Source of the DNA: Escherichia phage T7
DNA length: 37,752 nt
Direction: 5' to 3' (one strand)
Sequence record: MZ375255.1
Part shown: positions 1 to 9,117 of the stretch, one piece after another
How the letters are laid out: every line of letters begins with the position of its first letter
Numbering within the stretch: position 1 is the stretch's first letter
Position numbers and translations under genes: made by a program
Notes under the pieces: model-generated
The model's input: only the letters and a program-made list of their open reading frames with translations
The model's database searches: none
What the model was told of the DNA's origin: nothing

Positions 1-140
1 TCTCACAGTGTACGGACCTAAAGTTCCCCATAGGGGTACCTAAAGCCCAGCCAATCACCTAAAGTCAACCTTCGGTTGACCTTGAGGGTTCCCTAAGGGT
101 TTGTCTTTGGGTGTTACCTTGAGTGTCTCTCTGTGTCCCT
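1..140 (+). repeat. Left direct terminal repeat (TR), 140 bp, identical to 37613..37752
   Basis: Exact 140-nt identity between window start and end; begins TCTCACAGTGTACGG as in T7 TR. Confidence 0.95.
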
Positions 141-153
141 CTCTGTTACAGTC

Positions 154-320
154 TCCTAAAGTATCCTCCTAAAGTCACCTCCTAACGTCCATCCTAAAGC
201 CAACACCTAAAGCCTTCACCTAAAGACCCATCAAGTCAACGCCTATCTTAAAGTTTAAACATAAAGACCAGACCTAAAGACCAGACCTAAAGACACTACA
301 TAAAGACCAGACCTAAAGAC
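154..320 (+). repeat. Left-end array of short imperfect CCTAAAG-type repeats between TR and phiOL
   Basis: Repeated cctaaag / acctaaagacc units visible; matches T7 left-end repeat region. Confidence 0.6.
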
Positions 321-367
321 GCCTTGTTGTTAGCCATAAAGTGATAACCTTTAATCATTGTCTTTAT

Positions 368-390
368 TAATACAACTCACTATAGGGAGA
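368..390 (+). promoter_or_regulatory. T7 RNAP promoter phiOL
   Basis: TAATACAACTCACTATAGGGAGA; 22/23 match to consensus, A at -11. Confidence 0.8.
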
Positions 391-441
391 GACAACTTAA
401 AGAGACTTAAAAGATTAATTTAAAATTTATCAAAAAGAGTA

Positions 442-478
442 TTGACTTAAAGTCTAACCTATAGGATACTTACAGCCA
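442..478 (+). promoter_or_regulatory. E. coli sigma70 early promoter A1
   Basis: TTGACT (442-447) and GATACT (465-470) with 17-bp spacer. Confidence 0.85.
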
Positions 479-568
479 TCGAGAGGGACACGGCGAATAG
501 CCATCCCAATCGACACCGGGGTCAACCGGATAAGTAGACAGCCTGATAAGTCGCACGAAAAACAGGTA

Positions 569-606
569 TTGACAACATGAAGTAACATGCAGTAAGATAC
601 AAATCG
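569..606 (+). promoter_or_regulatory. E. coli sigma70 early promoter A2
   Basis: TTGACA (569-574), TAAGAT -10, canonical spacing. Confidence 0.85.
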
Positions 607-693
607 CTAGGTAACACTAGCAGCGTCAACCGGGCGCACAGTGCCTTCTAGGTGACTTAAGCGCACCACGGCACATAAGGTGAAACAAAACGG

Positions 694-730
694 TTGACAA
701 CATGAAGTAAACACGGTACGATGTACCACA
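694..730 (+). promoter_or_regulatory. E. coli sigma70 early promoter A3
   Basis: TTGACA (694-699), TACGAT -10 (717-722). Confidence 0.85.
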
Positions 731-841
731 TGAAACGACAGTGAGTCACCACACTGAAAGGTGATGCGGTCTAACGAAACCTGACCTAAGACGCTCTTTA
801 ACAATCTGGTAAATAGCTCTTGAGTGCATGACTAGCGGATA

Positions 842-885
842 ACTCAAGGGTATCGCAAGGTGCCCTTTATGATATTCACTAATAA
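842..885 (+). promoter_or_regulatory. RNase III processing site R0.3 (hairpin upstream of gene 0.3)
   Basis: caagggtatcgcaaggtgccctttatga hairpin motif shared with other R sites in window. Confidence 0.5.
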
Positions 886-904
886 CTGCACGAGGTAACA
901 CAAG

Positions 905-1258
905 ATGGCTATGTCTAACATGACTTACAACAACGTTTTCGACCACGCTTACGAAATGCTGAAAGAAAACATCCGTTATGATGACATCCGTGACACTGAT
1001 GACCTGCACGATGCTATTCACATGGCTGCCGATAATGCAGTTCCGCACTACTACGCTGACATCTTTAGCGTAATGGCAAGTGAGGGCATTGACCTTGAGT
1101 TCGAAGACTCTGGTCTGATGCCTGACACCAAGGACGTAATCCGCATCCTGCAAGCGCGTATCTATGAGCAATTAACGATTGACCTCTGGGAAGACGCAGA
1201 AGACTTGCTCAATGAATACTTGGAGGAAGTCGAGGAGTACGAGGAGGATGAAGAGTAA
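905..1258 (+). CDS. 0.3: Ocr, DNA-mimic anti-restriction protein (117 aa)
   Basis: 117-aa highly acidic protein ending [11 protein letters not shown]; first gene after A1-A3. Confidence 0.97.
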
Positions 1259-1389
1259 TGTCTACTACCAACGTGCAATACGGTCTGACCGCTCAAACTG
1301 TACTTTTCTATAGCGACATGGGGCGGCGTGGCATAGACGAAAGGAAAAGGTTAAAGCCAAGAAACTCGCCGCACTTGAACAGGCACTAG
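1258..1389 (+). pseudogene. 0.4: Chimeric remnant of gene 0.4: first ~21 codons fused out of frame to 3' end of gene 0.6 by deletion
   Basis: ATG overlaps ocr stop (TAATG); [21 protein letters not shown] then unrelated 22 residues to stop at 1387-1389. Confidence 0.7.
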
Positions 1390-1437
1390 CCAACACACTG
1401 AACGCTATCTCATAACGAACATAAAGGACACAATGCA

Positions 1438-2517
1438 ATGAACATTACCGACATCATGAACGCTATCGACGCAATCAAAGCACTGCCAATCTGTGAACTT
1501 GACAAGCGTCAAGGTATGCTTATCGACTTACTGGTCGAGATGGTCAACAGCGAGACGTGTGATGGCGAGCTAACCGAACTAAATCAGGCACTTGAGCATC
1601 AAGATTGGTGGACTACCTTGAAGTGTCTCACGGCTGACGCAGGGTTCAAGATGCTCGGTAATGGTCACTTCTCGGCTGCTTATAGTCACCCGCTGCTACC
1701 TAACAGAGTGATTAAGGTGGGCTTTAAGAAAGAGGATTCAGGCGCAGCCTATACCGCATTCTGCCGCATGTATCAGGGTCGTCCTGGTATCCCTAACGTC
1801 TACGATGTACAGCGCCACGCTGGATGCTATACGGTGGTACTTGACGCACTTAAGGATTGCGAGCGTTTCAACAATGATGCCCATTATAAATACGCTGAGA
1901 TTGCAAGCGACATCATTGATTGCAATTCGGATGAGCATGATGAGTTAACTGGATGGGATGGTGAGTTTGTTGAAACTTGTAAACTAATCCGCAAGTTCTT
2001 TGAGGGCATCGCCTCATTCGACATGCATAGCGGGAACATCATGTTCTCAAATGGAGACGTACCATACATCACCGACCCGGTATCATTCTCGCAGAAGAAA
2101 GACGGTGGCGCATTCAGCATCGACCCTGAGGAACTCATCAAGGAAGTCGAGGAAGTCGCACGACAGAAAGAAATTGACCGCGCTAAGGCCCGTAAAGAAC
2201 GTCACGAGGGGCGCTTAGAGGCACGCAGATTCAAACGTCGCAACCGCAAGGCACGTAAAGCACACAAAGCTAAGCGCGAAAGAATGCTTGCTGCGTGGCG
2301 ATGGGCTGAACGTCAAGAACGGCGTAACCATGAGGTAGCTGTAGATGTACTAGGAAGAACCAATAACGCTATGCTCTGGGTCAACATGTTCTCTGGGGAC
2401 TTTAAGGCGCTTGAGGAACGAATCGCGCTGCACTGGCGTAATGCTGACCGGATGGCTATCGCTAATGGTCTTACGCTCAACATTGATAAGCAACTTGACG
2501 CAATGTTAATGGGCTGA
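1438..2517 (+). CDS. 0.7: Gp0.7 Ser/Thr protein kinase / host transcription shutoff (359 aa)
   Basis: 359-aa ORF with basic K/R-rich C-terminal half; position and size as T7 0.7. Confidence 0.95.
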
Positions 2518-2523
2518 TAGTCT

Positions 2524-2570
2524 TATCTTACAGGTCATCTGCGGGTGGCCTGAATAGGTACGATTTACTA
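2524..2570 (+). promoter_or_regulatory. RNase III processing site R1
   Basis: Hairpin-forming region immediately upstream of gene 1 RBS. Confidence 0.5.
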
Positions 2571-2587
2571 ACTGGAAGAGGCACTAA

Positions 2588-5239
2588 ATGAACACGATTA
2601 ACATCGCTAAGAACGACTTCTCTGACATCGAACTGGCTGCTATCCCGTTCAACACTCTGGCTGACCATTACGGTGAGCGTTTAGCTCGCGAACAGTTGGC
2701 CCTTGAGCATGAGTCTTACGAGATGGGTGAAGCACGCTTCCGCAAGATGTTTGAGCGTCAACTTAAAGCTGGTGAGGTTGCGGATAACGCTGCCGCCAAG
2801 CCTCTCATCACTACCCTACTCCCTAAGATGATTGCACGCATCAACGACTGGTTTGAGGAAGTGAAAGCTAAGCGCGGCAAGCGCCCGACAGCCTTCCAGT
2901 TCCTGCAAGAAATCAAGCCGGAAGCCGTAGCGTACATCACCATTAAGACCACTCTGGCTTGCCTAACCAGTGCTGACAATACAACCGTTCAGGCTGTAGC
3001 AAGCGCAATCGGTCGGGCCATTGAGGACGAGGCTCGCTTCGGTCGTATCCGTGACCTTGAAGCTAAGCACTTCAAGAAAAACGTTGAGGAACAACTCAAC
3101 AAGCGCGTAGGGCACGTCTACAAGAAAGCATTTATGCGAGTTGTCGAGGCTGACATGCTCTCTAAGGGTCTACTCGGTGGCGAGGCGTGGTCTTCGTGGC
3201 ATAAGGAAGACTCTATTCATGTAGGAGTACGCTGCATCGAGATGCTCATTGAGTCAACCGGAATGGTTAGCTTACACCGCCAAAATGCTGGCGTAGTAGG
3301 TCAAGACTCTGAGACTATCGAACTCGCACCTGAATACGCTGAGGCTATCGCAACCCGTGCAGGTGCGCTGGCTGGCATCTCTCCGATGTTCCAACCTTGC
3401 GTAGTTCCTCCTAAGCCGTGGACTGGCATTACTGGTGGTGGCTATTGGGCTAACGGTCGTCGTCCTCTGGCGCTGGTGCGTACTCACAGTAAGAAAGCAC
3501 TGATGCGCTACGAAGACGTTTACATGCCTGAGGTGTACAAAGCGATTAACATTGCGCAAAACACCGCATGGAAAATCAACAAGAAAGTCCTAGCGGTCGC
3601 CAACGTAATCACCAAGTGGAAGCATTGTCCGGTCGAGGACATCCCTGCGATTGAGCGTGAAGAACTCCCGATGAAACCGGAAGACATCGACATGAATCCT
3701 GAGGCTCTCACCGCGTGGAAACGTGCTGCCGCTGCTGTGTACCGCAAGGACAAGGCTCGCAAGTCTCGCCGTATCAGCCTTGAGTTCATGCTTGAGCAAG
3801 CCAATAAGTTTGCTAACCATAAGGCCATCTGGTTCCCTTACAACATGGACTGGCGCGGTCGTGTTTACGCTGTGTCAATGTTCAACCCGCAAGGTAACGA
3901 TATGACCAAAGGACTGCTTACGCTGGCGAAAGGTAAACCAATCGGTAAGGAAGGTTACTACTGGCTGAAAATCCACGGTGCAAACTGTGCGGGTGTCGAT
4001 AAGGTTCCGTTCCCTGAGCGCATCAAGTTCATTGAGGAAAACCACGAGAACATCATGGCTTGCGCTAAGTCTCCACTGGAGAACACTTGGTGGGCTGAGC
4101 AAGATTCTCCGTTCTGCTTCCTTGCGTTCTGCTTTGAGTACGCTGGGGTACAGCACCACGGCCTGAGCTATAACTGCTCCCTTCCGCTGGCGTTTGACGG
4201 GTCTTGCTCTGGCATCCAGCACTTCTCCGCGATGCTCCGAGATGAGGTAGGTGGTCGCGCGGTTAACTTGCTTCCTAGTGAAACCGTTCAGGACATCTAC
4301 GGGATTGTTGCTAAGAAAGTCAACGAGATTCTACAAGCAGACGCAATCAATGGGACCGATAACGAAGTAGTTACCGTGACCGATGAGAACACTGGTGAAA
4401 TCTCTGAGAAAGTCAAGCTGGGCACTAAGGCACTGGCTGGTCAATGGCTGGCTTACGGTGTTACTCGCAGTGTGACTAAGCGTTCAGTCATGACGCTGGC
4501 TTACGGGTCCAAAGAGTTCGGCTTCCGTCAACAAGTGCTGGAAGATACCATTCAGCCAGCTATTGATTCCGGCAAGGGTCTGATGTTCACTCAGCCGAAT
4601 CAGGCTGCTGGATACATGGCTAAGCTGATTTGGGAATCTGTGAGCGTGACGGTGGTAGCTGCGGTTGAAGCAATGAACTGGCTTAAGTCTGCTGCTAAGC
4701 TGCTGGCTGCTGAGGTCAAAGATAAGAAGACTGGAGAGATTCTTCGCAAGCGTTGCGCTGTGCATTGGGTAACTCCTGATGGTTTCCCTGTGTGGCAGGA
4801 ATACAAGAAGCCTATTCAGACGCGCTTGAACCTGATGTTCCTCGGTCAGTTCCGCTTACAGCCTACCATTAACACCAACAAAGATAGCGAGATTGATGCA
4901 CACAAACAGGAGTCTGGTATCGCTCCTAACTTTGTACACAGCCAAGACGGTAGCCACCTTCGTAAGACTGTAGTGTGGGCACACGAGAAGTACGGAATCG
5001 AATCTTTTGCACTGATTCACGACTCCTTCGGTACCATTCCGGCTGACGCTGCGAACCTGTTCAAAGCAGTGCGCGAAACTATGGTTGACACATATGAGTC
5101 TTGTGATGTACTGGCTGATTTCTACGACCAGTTCGCTGACCAGTTGCACGAGTCTCAATTGGACAAAATGCCAGCACTTCCGGCTAAAGGTAACTTGAAC
5201 CTCCGTGACATCTTAGAGTCGGACTTCGCGTTCGCGTAA
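2588..5239 (+). CDS. 1: T7 RNA polymerase (883 aa)
   Basis: 883-aa ORF MNTINIAKNDFSDIELAAIPFNTLADHYGERLAREQ..., ends FAFA. Confidence 0.99.
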   Translation: MNTINIAKNDFSDIELAAIPFNTLADHYGERLAREQLALEHESYEMGEARFRKMFERQLKAGEVADNAAAKPLITTLLPKMIARINDWFEEVKAKRGKRPTAFQFLQEIKPEAVAYITIKTTLACLTSADNTTVQAVASAIGRAIEDEARFGRIRDLEAKHFKKNVEEQLNKRVGHVYKKAFMRVVEADMLSKGLLGGEAWSSWHKEDSIHVGVRCIEMLIESTGMVSLHRQNAGVVGQDSETIELAPEYAEAIATRAGALAGISPMFQPCVVPPKPWTGITGGGYWANGRRPLALVRTHSKKALMRYEDVYMPEVYKAINIAQNTAWKINKKVLAVANVITKWKHCPVEDIPAIEREELPMKPEDIDMNPEALTAWKRAAAAVYRKDKARKSRRISLEFMLEQANKFANHKAIWFPYNMDWRGRVYAVSMFNPQGNDMTKGLLTLAKGKPIGKEGYYWLKIHGANCAGVDKVPFPERIKFIEENHENIMACAKSPLENTWWAEQDSPFCFLAFCFEYAGVQHHGLSYNCSLPLAFDGSCSGIQHFSAMLRDEVGGRAVNLLPSETVQDIYGIVAKKVNEILQADAINGTDNEVVTVTDENTGEISEKVKLGTKALAGQWLAYGVTRSVTKRSVMTLAYGSKEFGFRQQVLEDTIQPAIDSGKGLMFTQPNQAAGYMAKLIWESVSVTVVAAVEAMNWLKSAAKLLAAEVKDKKTGEILRKRCAVHWVTPDGFPVWQEYKKPIQTRLNLMFLGQFRLQPTINTNKDSEIDAHKQESGIAPNFVHSQDGSHLRKTVVWAHEKYGIESFALIHDSFGTIPADAANLFKAVRETMVDTYESCDVLADFYDQFADQLHESQLDKMPALPAKGNLNLRDILESDFAFA

Positions 5240-5247
5240 CGCCAAAT

Positions 5248-5270
5248 CAATACGACTCACTATAGAGGGA
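5248..5270 (+). promoter_or_regulatory. T7 promoter phi1.1A
   Basis: CAATACGACTCACTATAGAGGGA. Confidence 0.85.
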
Positions 5271-5274
5271 CAAA

Positions 5275-5315
5275 CTCAAGGTCATTCGCAAGAGTGGCCT
5301 TTATGATTGACCTTC
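5275..5315 (+). promoter_or_regulatory. RNase III site R1.1
   Basis: caaggtcattcgcaagagtggcctttatga hairpin motif. Confidence 0.5.
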
Positions 5316-5322
5316 TTCCGGT

Positions 5323-5345
5323 TAATACGACTCACTATAGGAGAA
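5323..5345 (+). promoter_or_regulatory. T7 promoter phi1.1B
   Basis: TAATACGACTCACTATAGGAGAA. Confidence 0.9.
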
Positions 5346-5423
5346 CCTTAAGGTTTAACTTTAAGACCCTTAAGTGTTAATTAGAGATTTAAATTAAAGA
5401 ATTACTAAGAGAGGACTTTAAGT

Positions 5424-5552
5424 ATGCGTAACTTCGAAAAGATGACCAAACGTTCTAACCGTAATGCTCGTGACTTCGAGGCAACCAAAGGTCGCAAGTT
5501 GAATAAGACTAAGCGTGACCGCTCTCACAAGCGTAGCTGGGAGGGTCAGTAA
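5424..5552 (+). CDS. 1.1: Gp1.1, small basic protein (42 aa)
   Basis: MRNFEKMTKRSNRNARDFEATKGRKLNKTKRDRSHKRSWEGQ; RBS gagg upstream. Confidence 0.85.
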   Translation: MRNFEKMTKRSNRNARDFEATKGRKLNKTKRDRSHKRSWEGQ

Positions 5553-5553
5553 G

Positions 5554-5811
5554 ATGGGACGTTTATATAGTGGTAATCTGGCAGCATTCAAGGCAGCAAC
5601 AAACAAGCTGTTCCAGTTAGACTTAGCGGTCATTTATGATGACTGGTATGATGCCTATACAAGAAAAGATTGCATACGGTTACGTATTGAGGACAGGAGT
5701 GGAAACCTGATTGATACTAGCACCTTCTACCACCACGACGAGGACGTTCTGTTCAATATGTGTACTGATTGGTTGAACCATATGTATGACCAGTTGAAGG
5801 ACTGGAAGTAA
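5554..5811 (+). CDS. 1.2: Gp1.2, inhibitor of host dGTP triphosphohydrolase (85 aa)
   Basis: MGRLYSGNLAAFK...; stop TAA is first 3 nt of phi1.3. Confidence 0.9.
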   Translation: MGRLYSGNLAAFKAATNKLFQLDLAVIYDDWYDAYTRKDCIRLRIEDRSGNLIDTSTFYHHDEDVLFNMCTDWLNHMYDQLKDWK

Positions 5812-5831
5812 TACGACTCAGTATAGGGACA
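5809..5831 (+). promoter_or_regulatory. T7 promoter phi1.3
   Basis: TAATACGACTCAGTATAGGGACA. Confidence 0.9.
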
Positions 5832-5835
5832 ATGC

Positions 5836-5876
5836 TTAAGGTCGCTCTCTAGGAGTGGCCTTAGTCATTTAACCAA
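5836..5876 (+). promoter_or_regulatory. RNase III site R1.3
   Basis: taaggtcgctctctaggagtggcctt hairpin motif. Confidence 0.5.
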
Positions 5877-5891
5877 TAGGAGATAAACATT

Positions 5892-6971
5892 ATGATGAAC
5901 ATTAAGACTAACCCGTTTAAAGCCGTGTCTTTCGTAGAGTCTGCCATTAAGAAGGCTCTGGATAACGCTGGGTATCTTATCGCTGAAATCAAGTACGATG
6001 GTGTACGCGGGAACATCTGCGTAGACAATACTGCTAACAGTTACTGGCTCTCTCGTGTATCTAAAACGATTCCGGCACTGGAGCACTTAAACGGGTTTGA
6101 TGTTCGCTGGAAGCGTCTACTGAACGATGACCGTTGCTTCTACAAAGATGGCTTTATGCTTGATGGGGAACTCATGGTCAAGGGCGTAGACTTTAACACA
6201 GGGTCCGGCCTACTGCGTACCAAATGGACTGACACGAAGAACCAAGAGTTCCATGAAGAGTTATTCGTTGAACCAATCCGTAAGAAAGATAAAGTTCCCT
6301 TTAAGCTGCACACTGGACACCTTCACATAAAACTGTACGCTATCCTCCCGCTGCACATCGTGGAGTCTGGAGAAGACTGTGATGTCATGACGTTGCTCAT
6401 GCAGGAACACGTTAAGAACATGCTGCCTCTGCTACAGGAATACTTCCCTGAAATCGAATGGCAAGCGGCTGAATCTTACGAGGTCTACGATATGGTAGAA
6501 CTACAGCAACTGTACGAGCAGAAGCGAGCAGAAGGCCATGAGGGTCTCATTGTGAAAGACCCGATGTGTATCTATAAGCGCGGTAAGAAATCTGGCTGGT
6601 GGAAAATGAAACCTGAGAACGAAGCTGACGGTATCATTCAGGGTCTGGTATGGGGTACAAAAGGTCTGGCTAATGAAGGTAAAGTGATTGGTTTTGAGGT
6701 GCTTCTTGAGAGTGGTCGTTTAGTTAACGCCACGAATATCTCTCGCGCCTTAATGGATGAGTTCACTGAGACAGTAAAAGAGGCCACCCTAAGTCAATGG
6801 GGATTCTTTAGCCCATACGGTATTGGCGACAACGATGCTTGTACTATTAACCCTTACGATGGCTGGGCGTGTCAAATTAGCTACATGGAGGAAACACCTG
6901 ATGGCTCTTTGCGGCACCCATCGTTCGTAATGTTCCGTGGCACCGAGGACAACCCTCAAGAGAAAATGTAA
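5892..6971 (+). CDS. 1.3: ATP-dependent DNA ligase (359 aa)
   Basis: Adenylation motif KYDGVRG near N-terminus; 359 aa. Confidence 0.97.
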   Translation: MMNIKTNPFKAVSFVESAIKKALDNAGYLIAEIKYDGVRGNICVDNTANSYWLSRVSKTIPALEHLNGFDVRWKRLLNDDRCFYKDGFMLDGELMVKGVDFNTGSGLLRTKWTDTKNQEFHEELFVEPIRKKDKVPFKLHTGHLHIKLYAILPLHIVESGEDCDVMTLLMQEHVKNMLPLLQEYFPEIEWQAAESYEVYDMVELQQLYEQKRAEGHEGLIVKDPMCIYKRGKKSGWWKMKPENEADGIIQGLVWGTKGLANEGKVIGFEVLLESGRLVNATNISRALMDEFTETVKEATLSQWGFFSPYGIGDNDACTINPYDGWACQISYMEETPDGSLRHPSFVMFRGTEDNPQEKM

Positions 6972-6976
6972 TCACA

Positions 6977-7010
6977 CTGGCTCACCTTCGGGTGGGCCTT
7001 TCTGCGTTTA
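6977..7010 (+). terminator. Early terminator TE (rho-independent, for E. coli RNAP)
   Basis: GC-rich hairpin ggctcacc-ttcg-ggtgggcc followed by T-rich tract. Confidence 0.85.
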
Positions 7011-7021
7011 TAAGGAGACAC

Positions 7022-7044
7022 TTTTACGACTCACTAAAGGAGGT
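7022..7044 (+). promoter_or_regulatory. T7 promoter phi1.5, with non-native T at -16 and -15
   Basis: TTTTACGACTCACTAAAGGAGGT; -14..+6 match phi1.5, upstream 3 nt replaced at deletion junction. Confidence 0.75.
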
Positions 7045-7051
7045 ACACACC

Positions 7052-7141
7052 ATGATGTACTTAATGCCATTACTCATCGTCATTGTAGGATGCCTTGCGC
7101 TCCACTGTAGCGATGATGATATGCCAGATGGTCACGCTTAA
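7052..7141 (+). CDS. 1.5: Gp1.5 (29 aa)
   Basis: 30-codon ORF with RBS aggagg; stop TAA is start of phi1.6. Confidence 0.75.
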   Translation: MMYLMPLLIVIVGCLALHCSDDDMPDGHA

Positions 7142-7161
7142 TACGACTCACTAAAGGAGAC
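7139..7161 (+). promoter_or_regulatory. T7 promoter phi1.6
   Basis: TAATACGACTCACTAAAGGAGAC. Confidence 0.9.
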
Positions 7162-7166
7162 ACTAT

Positions 7167-7427
7167 ATGTTTCGACTTCATTACAACAAAAGCGTTAAGA
7201 ATTTCACGGTTCGCCGTGCTGACCGTTCAATCGTATGTGCGAGCGAGCGCCGAGCTAAGATACCTCTTATTGGTAACACAGTTCCTTTGGCACCGAGCGT
7301 CCACATCATTATCACCCGTGGTGACTTTGAGAAAGCAATAGACAAGAAACGTCCGGTTCTTAGTGTGGCAGTGACCCGCTTCCCGTTCGTCCGTCTGTTA
7401 CTCAAACGAATCAAGGAGGTGTTCTGA
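7167..7427 (+). CDS. 1.6: Gp1.6 (86 aa)
   Basis: ORF with RBS immediately after phi1.6. Confidence 0.85.
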
Positions 7428-8009
7428 TGGGACTGTTAGATGGTGAAGCCTGGGAAAAAGAAAACCCGCCAGTACAAGCAACTGGGTGTATAGCTTGCTT
7501 AGAGAAAGATGACCGTTATCCACACACCTGTAACAAAGGAGCTAACGATATGACCGAACGTGAACAAGAGATGATCATTAAGTTGATAGACAATAATGAA
7601 GGTCGCCCAGATGATTTGAATGGCTGCGGTATTCTCTGCTCCAATGTCCCTTGCCACCTCTGCCCCGCAAATAACGATCAAAAGATAACCTTAGGTGAAA
7701 TCCGAGCGATGGACCCACGTAAACCACATCTGAATAAACCTGAGGTAACTCCTACAGATGACCAGCCTTCCGCTGAGACAATCGAAGGTGTCACTAAGCC
7801 TTCCCACTACATGCTGTTTGACGACATTGAGGCTATCGAAGTGATTGCTCGTTCAATGACCGTTGAGCAGTTCAAGGGATACTGCTTCGGTAACATCTTA
7901 AAGTACAGACTACGTGCTGGTAAGAAGTCAGAGTTAGCGTACTTAGAGAAAGACCTAGCGAAAGCAGACTTCTATAAAGAACTCTTTGAGAAACATAAGG
8001 ATAAATGTT

Positions 8010-8017
<8 letters not shown>
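7427..8017 (+). CDS. 1.7: Gp1.7 nucleoside monophosphate kinase (196 aa)
   Basis: 196-aa ORF overlapping 1.6 stop; size and position as T7 1.7. Confidence 0.9.
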
Positions 8018-8350
<333 letters not shown>

Positions 8351-8353
<3 letters not shown>

Positions 8354-8373
8354 TACGACTCACTATTAGGGAA
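8351..8373 (+). promoter_or_regulatory. T7 promoter phi2.5 (A-initiating)
   Basis: TAATACGACTCACTATTAGGGAA. Confidence 0.9.
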
Positions 8374-8418
8374 GACTCCCTCTGAGAAACCAAACGAAAC
8401 CTAAAGGAGATTAACATT

Positions 8419-9117
8419 ATGGCTAAGAAGATTTTCACCTCTGCGCTGGGTACCGCTGAACCTTACGCTTACATCGCCAAGCCGGACTACGGCAACGAAG
8501 AGCGTGGCTTTGGGAACCCTCGTGGTGTCTATAAAGTTGACCTGACTATTCCCAACAAAGACCCGCGCTGCCAGCGTATGGTCGATGAAATCGTGAAGTG
8601 TCACGAAGAGGCTTATGCTGCTGCCGTTGAGGAATACGAAGCTAATCCACCTGCTGTAGCTCGTGGTAAGAAACCGCTGAAACCGTATGAGGGTGACATG
8701 CCGTTCTTCGATAACGGTGACGGTACGACTACCTTTAAGTTCAAATGCTACGCGTCTTTCCAAGACAAGAAGACCAAAGAGACCAAGCACATCAATCTGG
8801 TTGTGGTTGACTCAAAAGGTAAGAAGATGGAAGACGTTCCGATTATCGGTGGTGGCTCTAAGCTGAAAGTTAAATATTCTCTGGTTCCATACAAGTGGAA
8901 CACTGCTGTAGGTGCGAGCGTTAAGCTGCAACTGGAATCCGTGATGCTGGTCGAACTGGCTACCTTTGGTGGCGGTGAAGACGATTGGGCTGACGAAGTT
9001 GAAGAGAACGGCTATGTTGCCTCTGGTTCTGCCAAAGCGAGCAAACCACGCGACGAAGAAAGCTGGGACGAAGACGACGAAGAGTCCGAGGAAGCAGACG
9101 AAGACGGAGACTTCTAA
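8419..9117 (+). CDS. 2.5: Single-stranded DNA-binding protein (232 aa)
   Basis: Acidic C-terminal tail ...DEESEEADEDGDF. Confidence 0.97.
   Translation: MAKKIFTSALGTAEPYAYIAKPDYGNEERGFGNPRGVYKVDLTIPNKDPRCQRMVDEIVKCHEEAYAAAVEEYEANPPAVARGKKPLKPYEGDMPFFDNGDGTTTFKFKCYASFQDKKTKETKHINLVVVDSKGKKMEDVPIIGGGSKLKVKYSLVPYKWNTAVGASVKLQLESVMLVELATFGGGEDDWADEVEENGYVASGSAKASKPRDEESWDEDDEESEEADEDGDF

Larger units (their letters stand above)
5248..5400 (+). other. Primary origin of replication region (phi1.1A/phi1.1B plus AT-rich segment)
   Basis: Paired T7 promoters followed by AT-rich stretch ttaattagagatttaaattaaagaattac; location as T7 ori. Confidence 0.65.

Noticed and set aside
154-320. Short tandem-like repeats near the left end as a possible CRISPR array or other repeat system
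   Set aside because: Units are irregular 7-12 bp CCTAAAG-type repeats without uniform spacers; this is the T7 end-repeat region involved in concatemer processing.
368-390. Non-consensus bases in class II promoters (phiOL A at -11, phi1.1A and phi4c C at -17, phi4.7 CTATTCGAC upstream half) as mutations
   Set aside because: T7 class II promoters natively deviate from consensus, and I cannot confirm from memory that these differ from wild type; only phi10 (+1) and phi1.5 (-16/-15, at a deletion junction) are flagged.
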